From positions 4,346-68,345 of the forward strand of contig QHSO01000001.1 in the NCBI GenBank assembly GCA_003220475.1: DNA of 64,000 nt, written 5' to 3'. Position 1 is the first letter of the stretch, and the number at the start of each line of letters is the position of its first letter. The notes under the pieces were generated by a model, which ran no database searches, had not been told where the DNA came from, and saw only the letters and a program-made list of their open reading frames with translations. The position numbers and the translations under genes were made by a program. The DNA is from Candidatus Rokuibacteriota bacterium (lineage in GTDB: Bacteria > Methylomirabilota > Methylomirabilia > Rokubacteriales > CSP1-6). Shown here piece after piece: positions 63,717-64,000 of this stretch.

Positions 63717-64000
63717 CTAGGCGCGGACGCGGGTGGAGCGCGGATCGTACGGCGGCTCGAGATGCGCGGTCGCGGCGAAGCGCTCCAGGGCGATCTCGAG
63801 CTCCCAGCGTCCGCCGCGCACGAAGGCCGCGTCGACGCCGTCGGCGTGGGCGACGTAGCCCATGCCCACCGAGCGCCCGAGCGTGTGCCCGTACGCACCC
63901 GACGTGATGCGTCCGATCAGCGTGCCGTCGCGATAGATCGGCTCGTCGCCGAGCAACAGCGGCGCCGGGTCGTCGAGCGTGAACATCACCAGCCAGCGTG
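63717..64000 (-). CDS. GcvT-family (aminomethyltransferase-like) protein, C-terminal part (gene continues beyond window end)
   Basis: Tail GRITSGAYGHTLGRSVGMGYV...RWELEIALERFAATAH matches the GCV_T C-terminal barrel. The frame is still open at 64000. Confidence 0.55.
   Translation of the reverse strand, partial: RWLVMFTLDDPAPLLLGDEPIYRDGTLIGRITSGAYGHTLGRSVGMGYVAHADGVDAAFVRGGRWELEIALERFAATAHLEPPYDPRSTRVRA

Noticed and set aside
1-64000. CRISPR arrays, tandem or inverted repeats, IS elements, integrases, tRNA or rRNA genes
   Set aside because: By eye I found no direct-repeat/spacer periodicity, no transposase or recombinase-like ORF, and no tRNA-like cloverleaf candidates. I cannot run a repeat finder, so short or degenerate repeats could be missed.

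Overview
This is a high-GC (about 70%), gene-dense bacterial chromosome segment of roughly 70 ORFs. It has no rRNA or tRNA genes, no CRISPR array and no recognisable mobile element. The host looks Gram-negative: there is a porin ending in a C-terminal aromatic residue, Tat and Sec signal peptides, and a lipid-A LAB_N domain protein. Most genes are metabolic or transport genes:
- two complete Liv-type ABC uptake systems plus two extra substrate-binding proteins, with luciferase-like (LLM) oxidoreductases between them;
- a CoA-dependent acyl-metabolism operon (tandem-domain acyl-CoA dehydrogenase, MaoC hydratase, family III CoA-transferase);
- a split hotdog dehydratase plus thioesterase;
- serine-glyoxylate aminotransferase plus glycerate dehydrogenase;
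- UxaA dehydratase, CDF metal exporter, ClpS, UspA and scattered kynurenine-pathway enzymes.

The standout is three selenocysteine-encoding genes, each with an in-frame TGA at a redox-motif position followed by a SECIS-like hairpin. Two are paralogous UGSC-motif selenoproteins, each paired with the same about 325-aa partner domain of unknown function. At one locus the partner and the UGSC protein are separate, translationally coupled genes. At the other locus they are fused in the opposite order and coupled to an MFS transporter. The two loci sit in inverted orientation on either side of a large adenylate cyclase-AAA ATPase-TPR signalling protein. The third is a DsbA-like thioredoxin-fold protein whose CxxC is replaced by U-P-F-C. 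It is translationally coupled to a Rieske protein and divergent from a DoxX gene.

I trimmed start codons from the ORF track using homology and upstream stop positions. Those trimmed starts are approximate.
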